The notes: generated by a model not told the origin, from the letters alone. A stretch of DNA of 64,000 nt from Candidatus Parcubacteria bacterium (GCA_037076615.1 AP029158.1:197470-261469), one strand, 5' to 3'. Counted from the first letter of the stretch, positions 1-9,808 are shown. Numbers and translations are program-made.

Positions 1-3000
1 GTTCTTGTTGGCACACCGACAGCTGCTGGTCATGCCACTACTAAGAGTTATGTGGATTCTACTATTGGTGGCGGTTCTGGCTCCACAGTTGGTTATTGGA
101 CCATGAATGGAACCAATATCAGTAATTCAAATACGGGGAATGTGGGAATTGGGACAACAACCCCTTCTGAAAAATTAGATGTAGTTGGTAGTGGTAATTT
201 TAGTGGAACAATTACTTCAAAAAATGCATCAATAGATGGAAATTATTATGCTTTAACAAACACTTTTGCCACTTTTCATCATAAAAATTTAACAGGCGCA
301 GGGCAATATGCTCTTAGGCAAAGTGTAAATGGGGATACTTATTTAAATGCTGCTGCCAATAGAAGTGTTTGGTTTAATATAAATAACGCTACTAAGGTAA
401 TTATTGATACTAACGGTAACGTCGGCATAGGCACCACTACTCCCGCGGCGAAACTGGCTGTTTCTGGTGGCAATGTTTTAATTAACGATGCTGTCATTAC
501 TTCCGGCACGCCTAAGGCCGCGATTACCAAAGAATATTTAGATTCTTCTTTAAGTGCCGCCGTCAGCCCAATCACCCTCTGGGGGGGAACTGCCAGTGGC
601 AGTATTTGGAATTTGAATGAAGGTAATGTGGGGATTGGAATAGAAAACCCAACAGCACCTCTGCATATAATAAAAACTGGTGGATCTACGAGTGATTCGA
701 ATACAGCTCTTATTTTAGATTATGAATCAGACCTAACGACTACTATTGGGGGTGGTACCGCCATAGAATTTAGAGGTAAATCTTCAGGCGGGAATGTTGC
801 TAATTGGCAGCAAGCCAGAATTAGGACAGTTGGTTATACTGGCAATAATTCTCATGCTTTAGCTTTTGATGTACGTCCTTCAGCTGTTTATCCATTAACT
901 GAAGCGGTAAGAATAAGTTCTAGTGGCTCCGTCGGCATCGGCACCACCGCCCCTGCTTACAAATTAGACGTCTCTGGCACTGGTAGTTTTTCTCAACCAG
1001 TTATTGTTGGCACTCCGACTGCGACTAATCACGCCACTACTAAATCTTATGTGGATTCAACTGCAACGGCTGCCGCCGGTGGTGGCGTGGGGGCAGGTAC
1101 TTCTGGGCAAACCTTACGGCACAATGGCACCTCTTGGGTTGCTAATTCTAATTTATATAATAATGGTACGAATGTTGGGATTGGGACAACTAATCCGTCA
1201 GAGAAACTTTATGTTTCAGGAATTATTAAGGCGACGGAAGGTTTAGGTGTGGCGAATCAATTTCTTTCAGGTGGTGTATATTCTTATTCAAATGGAATTT
1301 TAGTAAATACTGATATTGCAGTTTCTGGTAATTCAATGATAGAGCTTTATATTGAGGGAAACTCTTACTCTGGCTGGGGCGCTATCGGGGGAAAAGTTAC
1401 AACCTATAACTATGGAAGTGGTGGTTATTTTTATAATAGTAGTTATGTGGCCCATGGGATAACTCCTGCCGAGGTTAGAGTTTTCCATCATGATGGATTT
1501 GTAAAATTTTGGATGCCTCAGACAAGCTCTTTCCAAACATATAGATTTAGATTGGGCACGCATAGCGGTTCAAACAAAATAACTAGTATTCAAAATTTGG
1601 CCATGCCCACGGAAGGCGTGACAAATGAGGTTGTTTTAACGCCTAAAACGGTTATTAATAATTCCGTCGGTATCGGCACCGCTGCCCCCGCCTACACTTT
1701 AGATATCTCTGGCACTAGTCGTTTTACTCAACCAGTTCTTGTTGGCACACCGACAGCTGCTGGTCATGCCACTACTAAGAGTTATGTGGATTCTACTATT
1801 GGTGGCGGTTCTGGCTCCACAGTTGGTTATTGGACCATGAATGGAACCAATATCAGTAATTCAAATACGGGGAATGTGGGAATTGGGACGACGGCGCCAT
1901 GGGGCAAACTTTCGGTTGTTGGCGGAGATGTAAGCTTAACAGGAAGCACCAATACAAGAATACTTGTTGGAGATTCTCTAAGTAATGATGATTATGGGCA
2001 ACTTCAATGGAATACAACAGGAAATTTTCTATCCTTAGAGTCAAGTGGAACATCGAGACCATTGGCTTTACAACAAGACGGCGGCAACGTCGGCATCGGT
2101 ACCACCACCCCTGGTTACAAACTAGACGTTTCTGGTACTGGTCGCTTTACCCAACCAGTTCTTGTTGGTACCCCAACCGCTGATGGTCATGCTACCACTA
2201 AATCTTATGTAGATTCTACTATTGGTGGCGGTTCTGGCTCCACAGTTGGTTATTGGACAATGAATGGCACTAATATCAGTAATTCAAATACAGGGAATGT
2301 GGGGGTGGGGACGACGAATCCGGCTACAACATTAGATATAGTTTCTGCAAACGCAAATCCATTAAGGATATATAGAAATTCGGGAAACTCAAGTGTACAA
2401 ATTCAAAATAATGCCACAAGTGGTTATGTTGGATTAAATAATTCTAATAATATTGCTTTAGGTTTTTCACTTGATCAAACAAGTGCTCCGTTTCAAGTTA
2501 CATCAACTGGCAACGTCGGTATCGGCACCGCTGCCCCCGCCTACACTTTAGATATCTCTGGCACTAGTCGTTTTACTCAACCAGTTCTTGTTGGCACACC
2601 GACAGCTGCTGGTCATGCGACTACTAAGAGTTATGTGGATTCTACTATTGGTGGCGGTTCTGGCTCCACAGTTGGTTATTGGACCATGAATGGAACCAAT
2701 ATCAGTAATTCAAATACGGGGAATGTGGGAATTGGGACAACAACCCCTTCTGAAAAATTAGATGTAGTTGGTAGTGGTAATTTTAGTGGAACAATTACTT
2801 CAAAAAATGCATCAATAGATGGAAATTATTATGCTTTAACAAACACTTTTGCCACTTTTCATCATAAAAATTTAACAGGCGCAGGGCAATATGCTCTTAG
2901 GCAAAGTGTAAATGGGGATACTTATTTAAATGCTGCTGCCAATAGAAGTGTTTGGTTTAATATAAATAACGCTACTAAGGTAATTATTGATACTAACGGT

Positions 3001-5166
3001 AACGTCGGCATAGGCACCACTACTCCCGCGGCGAAACTGGCTGTTTCTGGTGGCAATGTTTTAATTAACGATGCTGTCATTACTTCCGGCACGCCTAAGG
3101 CCGCGATTACCAAAGAATATTTAGATTCTTCTTTAAGTGCCGCCGTCAGCCCAATCACCCTCTGGGGGGGAACTGCCAGTGGCAGTATTTGGAATTTGAA
3201 TGAAGGTAATGTGGGGATTGGAATAGAAAACCCAACAGCACCTCTGCATATAATAAAAACTGGTGGATCTACGAGTGATTCGAATACAGCTCTTATTTTA
3301 GATTATGAATCAGACCTAACGACTACTATTGGGGGTGGTACCGCCATAGAATTTAGAGGTAAATCTTCAGGCGGGAATGTTGCTAATTGGCAGCAAGCCA
3401 GAATTAGGACAGTTGGTTATACTGGCAATAATTCTCATGCTTTAGCTTTTGATGTACGTCCTTCAGCTGTTTATCCATTAACTGAAGCGGTAAGAATAAG
3501 TTCTAGTGGCTCCGTCGGCATCGGCACCACCGCCCCTGCTTACAAATTAGACGTCTCTGGCACTGGTAGTTTTTCTCAACCAGTTATTGTTGGCACTCCG
3601 ACTGCGACTAATCACGCCACTACTAAATCTTATGTGGATTCAACTGCAACGGCTGCCGCCGGTGGTGGCGTGGGGGCAGGTACTTCTGGGCAAACCTTAC
3701 GGCACAATGGCACCTCTTGGGTTGCTAATTCTAATTTATATAATAATGGTACGAATGTTGGGATTGGGACAACTAATCCGTCAGAGAAACTTTATGTTTC
3801 AGGAATTATTAAGGCGACGGAAGGTTTAGGTGTGGCGAATCAATTTCTTTCAGGTGGTGTATATTCTTATTCAAATGGAATTTTAGTAAATACTGATATT
3901 GCAGTTTCTGGTAATTCAATGATAGAGCTTTATATTGAGGGAAACTCTTACTCTGGCTGGGGCGCTATCGGGGGAAAAGTTACAACCTATAACTATGGAA
4001 GTGGTGGTTATTTTTATAATAGTAGTTATGTGGCCCATGGGATAACTCCTGCCGAGGTTAGAGTTTTCCATCATGATGGATTTGTAAAATTTTGGATGCC
4101 TCAGACAAGCTCTTTCCAAACATATAGATTTAGATTGGGCACGCATAGCGGTTCAAACAAAATAACTAGTATTCAAAATTTGGCCATGCCCACGGAAGGC
4201 GTGACAAATGAGGTTGTTTTAACGCCTAAAACGGTTATTAATAATTCCGTCGGTATCGGCACCGCTGCCCCCGCCTACACTTTAGATATCTCTGGCACTA
4301 GTCGTTTTACTCAACCAGTTCTTGTTGGCACACCGACAGCTGCTGGTCATGCCACTACTAAGAGTTATGTGGATTCTACTATTGGTGGCGGTTCTGGCTC
4401 CACAGTTGGTTATTGGACCATGAATGGAACCAATATCAGTAATTCAAATACGGGGAATGTGGGAATTGGGACGACGGCGCCATGGGGCAAACTTTCGGTT
4501 GTTGGCGGAGATGTAAGCTTAACAGGAAGCACCAATACAAGAATACTTGTTGGAGATTCTCTAAGTAATGATGATTATGGGCAACTTCAATGGAATACAA
4601 CAGGAAATTTTCTATCCTTAGAGTCAAGTGGAACATCGAGACCATTGGCTTTACAACAAGACGGCGGCAACGTCGGCATCGGTACCACCACCCCTGGTTA
4701 CAAACTAGACGTTTCTGGTACTGGTCGCTTTACCCAACCAGTTCTTGTTGGTACCCCAACCGCTGATGGTCATGCTACCACTAAATCTTATGTAGATTCT
4801 ACTATTGGTGGCGGTTCTGGCTCCACAGTTGGTTATTGGACAATGAATGGCACTAATATCAGTAATTCAAATACAGGGAATGTGGGGGTGGGGACGACGA
4901 ATCCGGCTACAACATTAGATATAGTTTCTGCAAACGCAAATCCATTAAGGATATATAGAAATTCGGGAAACTCAAGTGTACAAATTCAAAATAATGCCAC
5001 AAGTGGTTATGTTGGATTAAATAATTCTAATAATATTGCTTTAGGTTTTTCACTTGATCAAACAAGTGCTCCGTTTCAAGTTACATCAACTGGCAACGTC
5101 GGTATCGGCACCGCTGCCCCCGCCTACACTTTAGATATCTCTGGCACTAGTCGTTTTACTCAACCA
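1..5166 (+). repeat. Two tandem copies of a 2583-bp (861-codon) unit inside the giant CDS
   Basis: Shadow ORFs recur at an exact +2583 offset (339->2922, 1004->3587, 1333->3916, 1853->4436). By-eye comparison of the lines found one difference (c at 35 vs g at 2618). Copy 1 starts at the window edge, so the array may continue upstream. Confidence 0.9.
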
Positions 5167-8100
5167 GTTCTTGTTGGCACCCCAACTGCTGCTGATCATG
5201 CGACTACCAAATCTTATGTTGATTCCGCCGCTGGAGGCGGAATTCCCGCGGCGGCTAACGGGAGCACTTTAAGAGCTAGTGGTACCTCTTGGGTGGCGAG
5301 TACCAATCTCTATAACGATGGTAGCCAAATTGGTATTGGCACTGACAAACCCGGTTCGCTTTTGACCTTGGCTAATGACGGCTGGCTATCAGCCCGCAGT
5401 GGTGGCGATATGTCGATAGTCAATATGTTCAAAGTTAACACCAACAATCAAATTGAAGTTGGCGCGCCGCTTTTAATTGGTCCTTTGGAGTTCGCTCCCG
5501 ACAGCGGCCTAGTCAGTCTAGTGGATATGCCCGTGACTTCCGCCTCCCCAGTTGGAACTCCTCAAGGCTATGTCATGAAAATTGATGGCAATAATTTACT
5601 TTCTCTTTACTCTGAGTCTAATGGCTCGGGCGGTGCTCAGAACATGCGCCTAGGGGTAAACACCGCGACTCCGGCTTATAGCTTAGATGTTGCTGGCACT
5701 GGTCGTTTCACTCAGCCTCTTATTGTTGGCACCCCAACCGCCGCTGATCATGCGACCACCAAATCTTATGTTGACTCGGCTATCGGGGGTGGCTCTGGAT
5801 CTACGGTCGGATACTGGACTCTAAACGGCACCAATCTTTACACATCTTCAACGGATTTTAAGGTGGGTATAGGCACTGCAACACCAAATACAAAATTATC
5901 TGTATTGGGCAATGATGATTCTGGCGGGCTAGGTGTTTTGGAGTTACTAACTACCGGTGGCACTAGCCTAAGAATGGGAGGTAATACTACTTATAGTTGG
6001 ATTCAAAGCCATAGTTCTAAACCTCTATACATTAATCAGCTTGGTAATAACACTATTATCAATCCAGGTGGTGGTAATGTGGGGATTGGTACGGCGGCAC
6101 CTGGAGCAAAATTACAGCTGGGTGATAGTTCCGGCACTAATATTAAATATAGTTTAGGGGCTGCAACAACTCAGTATTATTGGGGGTCTGCTGAAAGAAT
6201 TGGTATTTCCATTGATACAAACAATGCTTGGTCTTTAGGCGCGACCACTGCCGGTGCTGGCGGTATAAGATTAGGAAATGGTGCGAACTATTCATATTTA
6301 GCTGGCGCTGGGACAAATTTATTGCTTAATCCAACAGTTGGTTCTGTTGGTATCGGTACCGGTTCACCAGCCTACAAACTTGACGTTGCCGGCACCGGCC
6401 GCTTTACCCAGCCCGTTATTGTTGGCACTCCGACTGCAGCCGATCACGCAACAACCAAATCTTATGTGGATTCAACCGCTACCGCTGCCGCTGGTGGTGG
6501 CGTGGGGGCAGGTACTTCTGGGCAAACTTTGCGGCACAACGGCACCTCTTGGGTAGCTAATTCTGTTTTATATAATAATGGGACGAATGTGGGGATTGGG
6601 ACGGCTAGTCCGAGCCAGAAGCTATCTGTAGAATCGGCAGGTGCACAATTAAGAGTTAGAGCTGTTGGCAGTGTTGGAACTTCAACAGTTGAAACTGTGC
6701 GACTTGTAATTGGAACAAACATAGACGGTTCTTTTCCGAATACTGCAGGCAATCGATTATCATTTGCTACACGCTGGACAGATTCCACTGAGTTTACTAC
6801 GGCTGCTGTTGAGTCGCATCATGATAATTCATGGGGCGGGGGATTGTCTTTCTTAACTAAGCCAGACGATGGAAATCCTTCTGGCGAAATGTTAACTAGG
6901 ATGGTTATAAATCATTTAGGCAACGTTGGCATCGGCACCACCGCCCCTGCTTATAATTTAGACGTTGCCGGCACTAGCCGCTTCACTCAACCCGTTATTG
7001 TTGGTACTCCAACAGCCACTAATCACGCCACTACTAAATCTTATGTAGATTCAACTGCTACGGCCGCTGCCGGTGGTGGCGTGGGGGTAGGTACTTCTGG
7101 GCAAACCTTACGGCACAATGGCACCTCTTGGGTGGCTAATTCTAATCTTTATAATAATGGTACGAATGTGGGGGTTGGAACGACGGTACCCGGAGCGAAT
7201 CTGCACGTTGCCGATGCTGTTGTTTCCAATAAGCACATAGATACACAAGCTTCACAAATAGTGGAAGATACAGAGGGGAGATTTCAATTTATTGCTTCCA
7301 ACTCTGGTACCGGTGGCTCAGGATTTACTTTTACAAATGCTCCTGCATCTGGAAATAACACGCATTGGAATATAAACCATGTCGGGTCTAGCATAGGTGA
7401 CGGACTTTTGTTTAGATACTCTCAGACAACGGCGACGGGGCAGGATAGTTATGTTGCTTCGGGGTTTGTGAATAGTTTGTATCTTAAAGAGAATGGCAAC
7501 GTCGGCATCGGCACCACCGCCCCTGCTTACAAATTAGACGTCTCTGGCACTGGTAGTTTTTCTCAACCAGTTATTGTTGGCACTCCGACTGCGACTAATC
7601 ACGCCACTACTAAATCTTATGTGGATTCAACTGCAACGGCTGCCGCCGGTGGTGGCGTGGGGGCAGGTACTTCTGGGCAAACCTTACGGCACAATGGCAC
7701 CTCTTGGGTTGCTAATTCTAATTTATATAATAATGGTACGAATGTTGGGATTGGGACAACTAATCCGTCAGAGAAACTTTATGTTTCAGGAATTATTAAG
7801 GCGACGGAAGGTTTAGGTGTGGCGAATCAATTTCTTTCAGGTGGTGTATATTCTTATTCAAATGGAATTTTAGTAAATACTGATATTGCAGTTTCTGGTA
7901 ATTCAATGATAGAGCTTTATATTGAGGGAAACTCTTACTCTGGCTGGGGCGCTATCGGGGGAAAAGTTACAACCTATAACTATGGAAGTGGTGGTTATTT
8001 TTATAATAGTAGTTATGTGGCCCATGGGATAACTCCTGCCGAGGTTAGAGTTTTCCATCATGATGGATTTGTAAAATTTTGGATGCCTCAGACAAGCTCT

Positions 8101-8988
8101 TTCCAAACATATAGATTTAGATTGGGCACGCATAGCGGTTCAAACAAAATAACTAGTATTCAAAATTTGGCCATGCCCACGGAAGGCGTGACAAATGAGG
8201 TTGTTTTAACGCCTAAAACGGTTATTAATAATTCCGTCGGTATCGGCACCGCTGCCCCCGCCTACACTTTAGATATCTCTGGCACTAGTCGTTTCACCCA
8301 GCCAGTTATTGTCGGCACCCCAACTCTTGCTGGACACGCTACTACTAAATCTTATGTAGACTCTGCCGTTAGTGGTGGCTCCGGCTCCACTGTCGGTTAT
8401 TGGGCTCTAAACGGCACCAGTCTTTACGCTTCTTCAACCACTTTAAACGTCGGCATTGGTACCACCAACCCCGGCACCTATAAATTAAATGTTGCCGGTT
8501 CGGCGTATATTAGCGGCGGGCTATCCTTGGGTGCATCCAACCTGACAACGACTGGTACGGTCTCTGCCAACAAAATTACCGTTGGCACGATTGACCCGCT
8601 CTATAATTTAAAGGGAGTTAACTATTCAACCTTTGCCGCTTCCATTGTCGGTGGCGTTAAAGAAGAAACTACCGGCCGGGTCATGATTGATCAGGCGGCA
8701 GACGGCGAATACCAGAAAACCCTTGATTTTAAGCGGCAAACAGTTGGCAGCGATTTGTGGGTGTGGTATAATGTAGTTGATTTTAGTAAAGATAATTTAG
8801 AGGTCTTACTCACTCCTTACGGCAAGCCAGCCAATGTTTATTATACTGTTTCTGGAGAAAAGCTTACTCTCCATTCCAATGTTCCAGTTGAAGTTTCTTA
8901 TCGCTTAATCGCCAAGCGCTTTGATTGGAAAGACTGGCCGACTAAGGCTAAAGACCAAGCTGAGACACCAAATTTTATTTTAAAATAA
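1..8988 (+). CDS. Giant repetitive tail-fibre-like surface protein, 5' end cut by the window edge (>=2995 aa)
   Basis: Frame 1 is open from nt 1 (VLVGTPTAAGHATTKSYVDS...), so the ATG at 52 is internal. There are at least 14 copies of a ~45-aa module G[NS]VGIGTxxPxxxLD[VI]xGTxxF[TS]QPV[ILV]VGTPTAxxHATTKSYVDS, separated by variable 100-250 aa inserts. The same module occurs in the S74-chaperone fibre protein at 11226-13151. Stop TAA at 8986-8988. Confidence 0.85.
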   Translation, partial: VLVGTPTAAGHATTKSYVDSTIGGGSGSTVGYWTMNGTNISNSNTGNVGIGTTTPSEKLDVVGSGNFSGTITSKNASIDGNYYALTNTFATFHHKNLTGAGQYALRQSVNGDTYLNAAANRSVWFNINNATKVIIDTNGNVGIGTTTPAAKLAVSGGNVLINDAVITSGTPKAAITKEYLDSSLSAAVSPITLWGGTASGSIWNLNEGNVGIGIENPTAPLHIIKTGGSTSDSNTALILDYESDLTTTIGGGTAIEFRGKSSGGNVANWQQARIRTVGYTGNNSHALAFDVRPSAVYPLTEAVRISSSGSVGIGTTAPAYKLDVSGTGSFSQPVIVGTPTATNHATTKSYVDSTATAAAGGGVGAGTSGQTLRHNGTSWVANSNLYNNGTNVGIGTTNPSEKLYVSGIIKATEGLGVANQFLSGGVYSYSNGILVNTDIAVSGNSMIELYIEGNSYSGWGAIGGKVTTYNYGSGGYFYNSSYVAHGITPAEVRVFHHDGFVKFWMPQTSSFQTYRFRLGTHSGSNKITSIQNLAMPTEGVTNEVVLTPKTVINNSVGIGTAAPAYTLDISGTSRFTQPVLVGTPTAAGHATTKSYVDSTIGGGSGSTVGYWTMNGTNISNSNTGNVGIGTTAPWGKLSVVGGDVSLTGSTNTRILVGDSLSNDDYGQLQWNTTGNFLSLESSGTSRPLALQQDGGNVGIGTTTPGYKLDVSGTGRFTQPVLVGTPTADGHATTKSYVDSTIGGGSGSTVGYWTMNGTNISNSNTGNVGVGTTNPATTLDIVSANANPLRIYRNSGNSSVQIQNNATSGYVGLNNSNNIALGFSLDQTSAPFQVTSTGNVGIGTAAPAYTLDISGTSRFTQPVLVGTPTAAGHATTKSYVDSTIGGGSGSTVGYWTMNGTNISNSNTGNVGIGTTTPSEKLDVVGSGNFSGTITSKNASIDGNYYALTNTFATFHHKNLTGAGQYALRQSVNGDTYLNAAANRSVWFNINNATKVIIDTNGNVGIGTTTPAAKLAVSGGNVLINDAVITSGTPKAAITKEYLDSSLSAAVSPITLWGGTASGSIWNLNEGNVGIGIENPTAPLHIIKTGGSTSDSNTALILDYESDLTTTIGGGTAIEFRGKSSGGNVANWQQARIRTVGYTGNNSHALAFDVRPSAVYPLTEAVRISSSGSVGIGTTAPAYKLDVSGTGSFSQPVIVGTPTATNHATTKSYVDSTATAAAGGGVGAGTSGQTLRHNGTSWVANSNLYNNGTNVGIGTTNPSEKLYVSGIIKATEGLGVANQFLSGGVYSYSNGILVNTDIAVSGNSMIELYIEGNSYSGWGAIGGKVTTYNYGSGGYFYNSSYVAHGITPAEVRVFHHDGFVKFWMPQTSSFQTYRFRLGTHSGSNKITSIQNLAMPTEGVTNEVVLTPKTVINNSVGIGTAAPAYTLDISGTSRFTQPVLVGTPTAAGHATTKSYVDSTIGGGSGSTVGYWTMNGTNISNSNTGNVGIGTTAPWGKLSVVGGDVSLTGSTNTRILVGDSLSNDDYGQLQWNTTGNFLSLESSGTSRPLALQQDGGNVGIGTTTPGYKLDVSGTGRFTQPVLVGTPTADGHATTKSYVDSTIGGGSGSTVGYWTMNGTNISNSNTGNVGVGTTNPATTLDIVSANANPLRIYRNSGNSSVQIQNNATSGYVGLNNSNNIALGFSLDQTSAPFQVTSTGNVGIGTAAPAYTLDISGTSRFTQPVLVGTPTAADHATTKSYVDSAAGGGIPAAANGSTLRASGTSWVASTNLYNDGSQIGIGTDKPGSLLTLANDGWLSARSGGDMSIVNMFKVNTNNQIEVGAPLLIGPLEFAPDSGLVSLVDMPVTSASPVGTPQGYVMKIDGNNLLSLYSESNGSGGAQNMRLGVNTATPAYSLDVAGTGRFTQPLIVGTPTAADHATTKSYVDSAIGGGSGSTVGYWTLNGTNLYTSSTDFKVGIGTATPNTKLSVLGNDDSGGLGVLELLTTGGTSLRMGGNTTYSWIQSHSSKPLYINQLGNNTIINPGGGNVGIGTAAPGAKLQLGDSSGTNIKYSLGAATTQYYWGSAERIGISIDTNNAWSLGATTAGAGGIRLGNGANYSYLAGAGTNLLLNPTVGSVGIGTGSPAYKLDVAGTGRFTQPVIVGTPTAADHATTKSYVDSTATAAAGGGVGAGTSGQTLRHNGTSWVANSVLYNNGTNVGIGTASPSQKLSVESAGAQLRVRAVGSVGTSTVETVRLVIGTNIDGSFPNTAGNRLSFATRWTDSTEFTTAAVESHHDNSWGGGLSFLTKPDDGNPSGEMLTRMVINHLGNVGIGTTAPAYNLDVAGTSRFTQPVIVGTPTATNHATTKSYVDSTATAAAGGGVGVGTSGQTLRHNGTSWVANSNLYNNGTNVGVGTTVPGANLHVADAVVSNKHIDTQASQIVEDTEGRFQFIASNSGTGGSGFTFTNAPASGNNTHWNINHVGSSIGDGLLFRYSQTTATGQDSYVASGFVNSLYLKENGNVGIGTTAPAYKLDVSGTGSFSQPVIVGTPTATNHATTKSYVDSTATAAAGGGVGAGTSGQTLRHNGTSWVANSNLYNNGTNVGIGTTNPSEKLYVSGIIKATEGLGVANQFLSGGVYSYSNGILVNTDIAVSGNSMIELYIEGNSYSGWGAIGGKVTTYNYGSGGYFYNSSYVAHGITPAEVRVFHHDGFVKFWMPQTSSFQTYRFRLGTHSGSNKITSIQNLAMPTEGVTNEVVLTPKTVINNSVGIGTAAPAYTLDISGTSRFTQPVIVGTPTLAGHATTKSYVDSAVSGGSGSTVGYWALNGTSLYASSTTLNVGIGTTNPGTYKLNVAGSAYISGGLSLGASNLTTTGTVSANKITVGTIDPLYNLKGVNYSTFAASIVGGVKEETTGRVMIDQAADGEYQKTLDFKRQTVGSDLWVWYNVVDFSKDNLEVLLTPYGKPANVYYTVSGEKLTLHSNVPVEVSYRLIAKRFDWKDWPTKAKDQAETPNFILK
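7501..8293 (+). repeat. Third, partial copy (~793 bp) of the repeat unit segment 931-1723 / 3514-4306
   Basis: Offsets +6570 and +3987 (ORFs 1004->7574, 1333->7903). The lines I compared were identical. Identity begins at gtcggcatcggcaccaccgcccctgcttac and ends just after ggcactagtcgttt. Confidence 0.85.
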
Positions 8989-8999
8989 ATAATTAATTA

Positions 9000-9752
9000 A
9001 TGCGGTTCGTCACTTATCCTTTGATAAGGGCGGCTTGCGCAAAAAGTATGGACACAAATAACAATTCTGGCACTACCCAAAAGAGCCTTAATGCCAGGAC
9101 GATCGGCATTATTTTGGCGGTAGTCATCTTGGTTGTTTTAGCTGTTGTTCTTATAGTGAACAGTCAGAAAGACAAACAAGAAAACACTAATGTTCCTGGT
9201 GTTAACGAAACAGGAATGATCGAACCGGGCACAGAAGTAGAGCCGGGTATGGAAGGTGAAGATTTGCCTGAAAAAGTTGAACCAACAACCACGACTGAAA
9301 CTGGACAAGTTATTCCCGAAGGTTCTCGTGTAGAAGTCCCGGGAGCTAATCCGATTAAAGATGATGTCGTGGTTACGCCAACTGGAGAAGCGGTAAAAAA
9401 TGATGCGGAAGCGATGTCTCCTGAAGCCCCTCAACAAACAGCGGCGATTAGTAAGGACGCTTTAACTGACTCAACAATTAAATTAGGTGTCGCCGCTACC
9501 GGCTTCTCTCCTGATTCTTTTGAGGTAAAAGCGGGCGCTCCAGTGACTTTGGGTGTTAGCTCTACCGACGAATACACTCACGTGTTCATGTTTGACGACC
9601 CATCTTTATCGGCGGTGGCTGTAGGTCTTGGCCCGCAAGAAACCCGGGCGATTACTTTTAATGCTCCTTCTGAGCCTGGGGAGTATTTCTTCCATTGCGA
9701 TGTTCCTGGTCATGCTGCTCGCGGTGAGGTTGGCAAGATGATTGTAAAATAA
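9000..9752 (+). CDS. Membrane-anchored cupredoxin-domain protein (blue-copper-like)
   Basis: N-terminal TM helix (IGIILAVVILVVLAVVLIV), an E/P/T-rich linker, and a C-terminal ~100 aa domain ending YTHVFMF...FFHCDVPGHAARGEVGKMIVK with a His...Cys-x4-His...Met pattern. An alternative start ATG lies at 9048. Confidence 0.7.
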   Translation: MRFVTYPLIRAACAKSMDTNNNSGTTQKSLNARTIGIILAVVILVVLAVVLIVNSQKDKQENTNVPGVNETGMIEPGTEVEPGMEGEDLPEKVEPTTTTETGQVIPEGSRVEVPGANPIKDDVVVTPTGEAVKNDAEAMSPEAPQQTAAISKDALTDSTIKLGVAATGFSPDSFEVKAGAPVTLGVSSTDEYTHVFMFDDPSLSAVAVGLGPQETRAITFNAPSEPGEYFFHCDVPGHAARGEVGKMIVK

Positions 9753-9767
9753 AGATTTTTTTTAAAG

Positions 9768-9797
9768 AGGGGCGCAGTCTAAGCTGTGCCCCTTTTT
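9768..9797 (+). terminator. Rho-independent terminator
   Basis: ggggcgcag / ctgtgcccc stem (one G-U pair) followed by a T6 run. Confidence 0.6.
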
Positions 9798-9808
9798 TAA
9801 AGAGCATT

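Noticed and set aside
339-8133. Many 69-108 aa ORFs on both strands inside the giant gene (e.g. 339-575, 1004-1246, 1333-1563, 1853-2062 and their copies at +2583 and +6570)
   Set aside because: They lie entirely within the long frame-1 CDS and have low-complexity, non-protein-like sequences. They recur only because the underlying DNA is duplicated. They are shadow ORFs.
1-8988. The repeat array as a CRISPR array or as a diversity-generating retroelement (TR/VR) target
   Set aside because: The repeats are kilobase-scale, in-frame and coding, with no short repeat-spacer periodicity. No reverse transcriptase is nearby. The only difference I saw between the copies (c/g) is not adenine-specific.
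9138-9437. Antisense or internal ORFs within other long genes (9138-9437, 10767-11039, 11165-11512, 12211-12973 set, 13936-14936 set, 47996-48526, 49271-49990 set, 59336-59923 set)
   Set aside because: All are embedded in longer ORFs with clear homology or better coding features. They are typical spurious alternative-frame ORFs.
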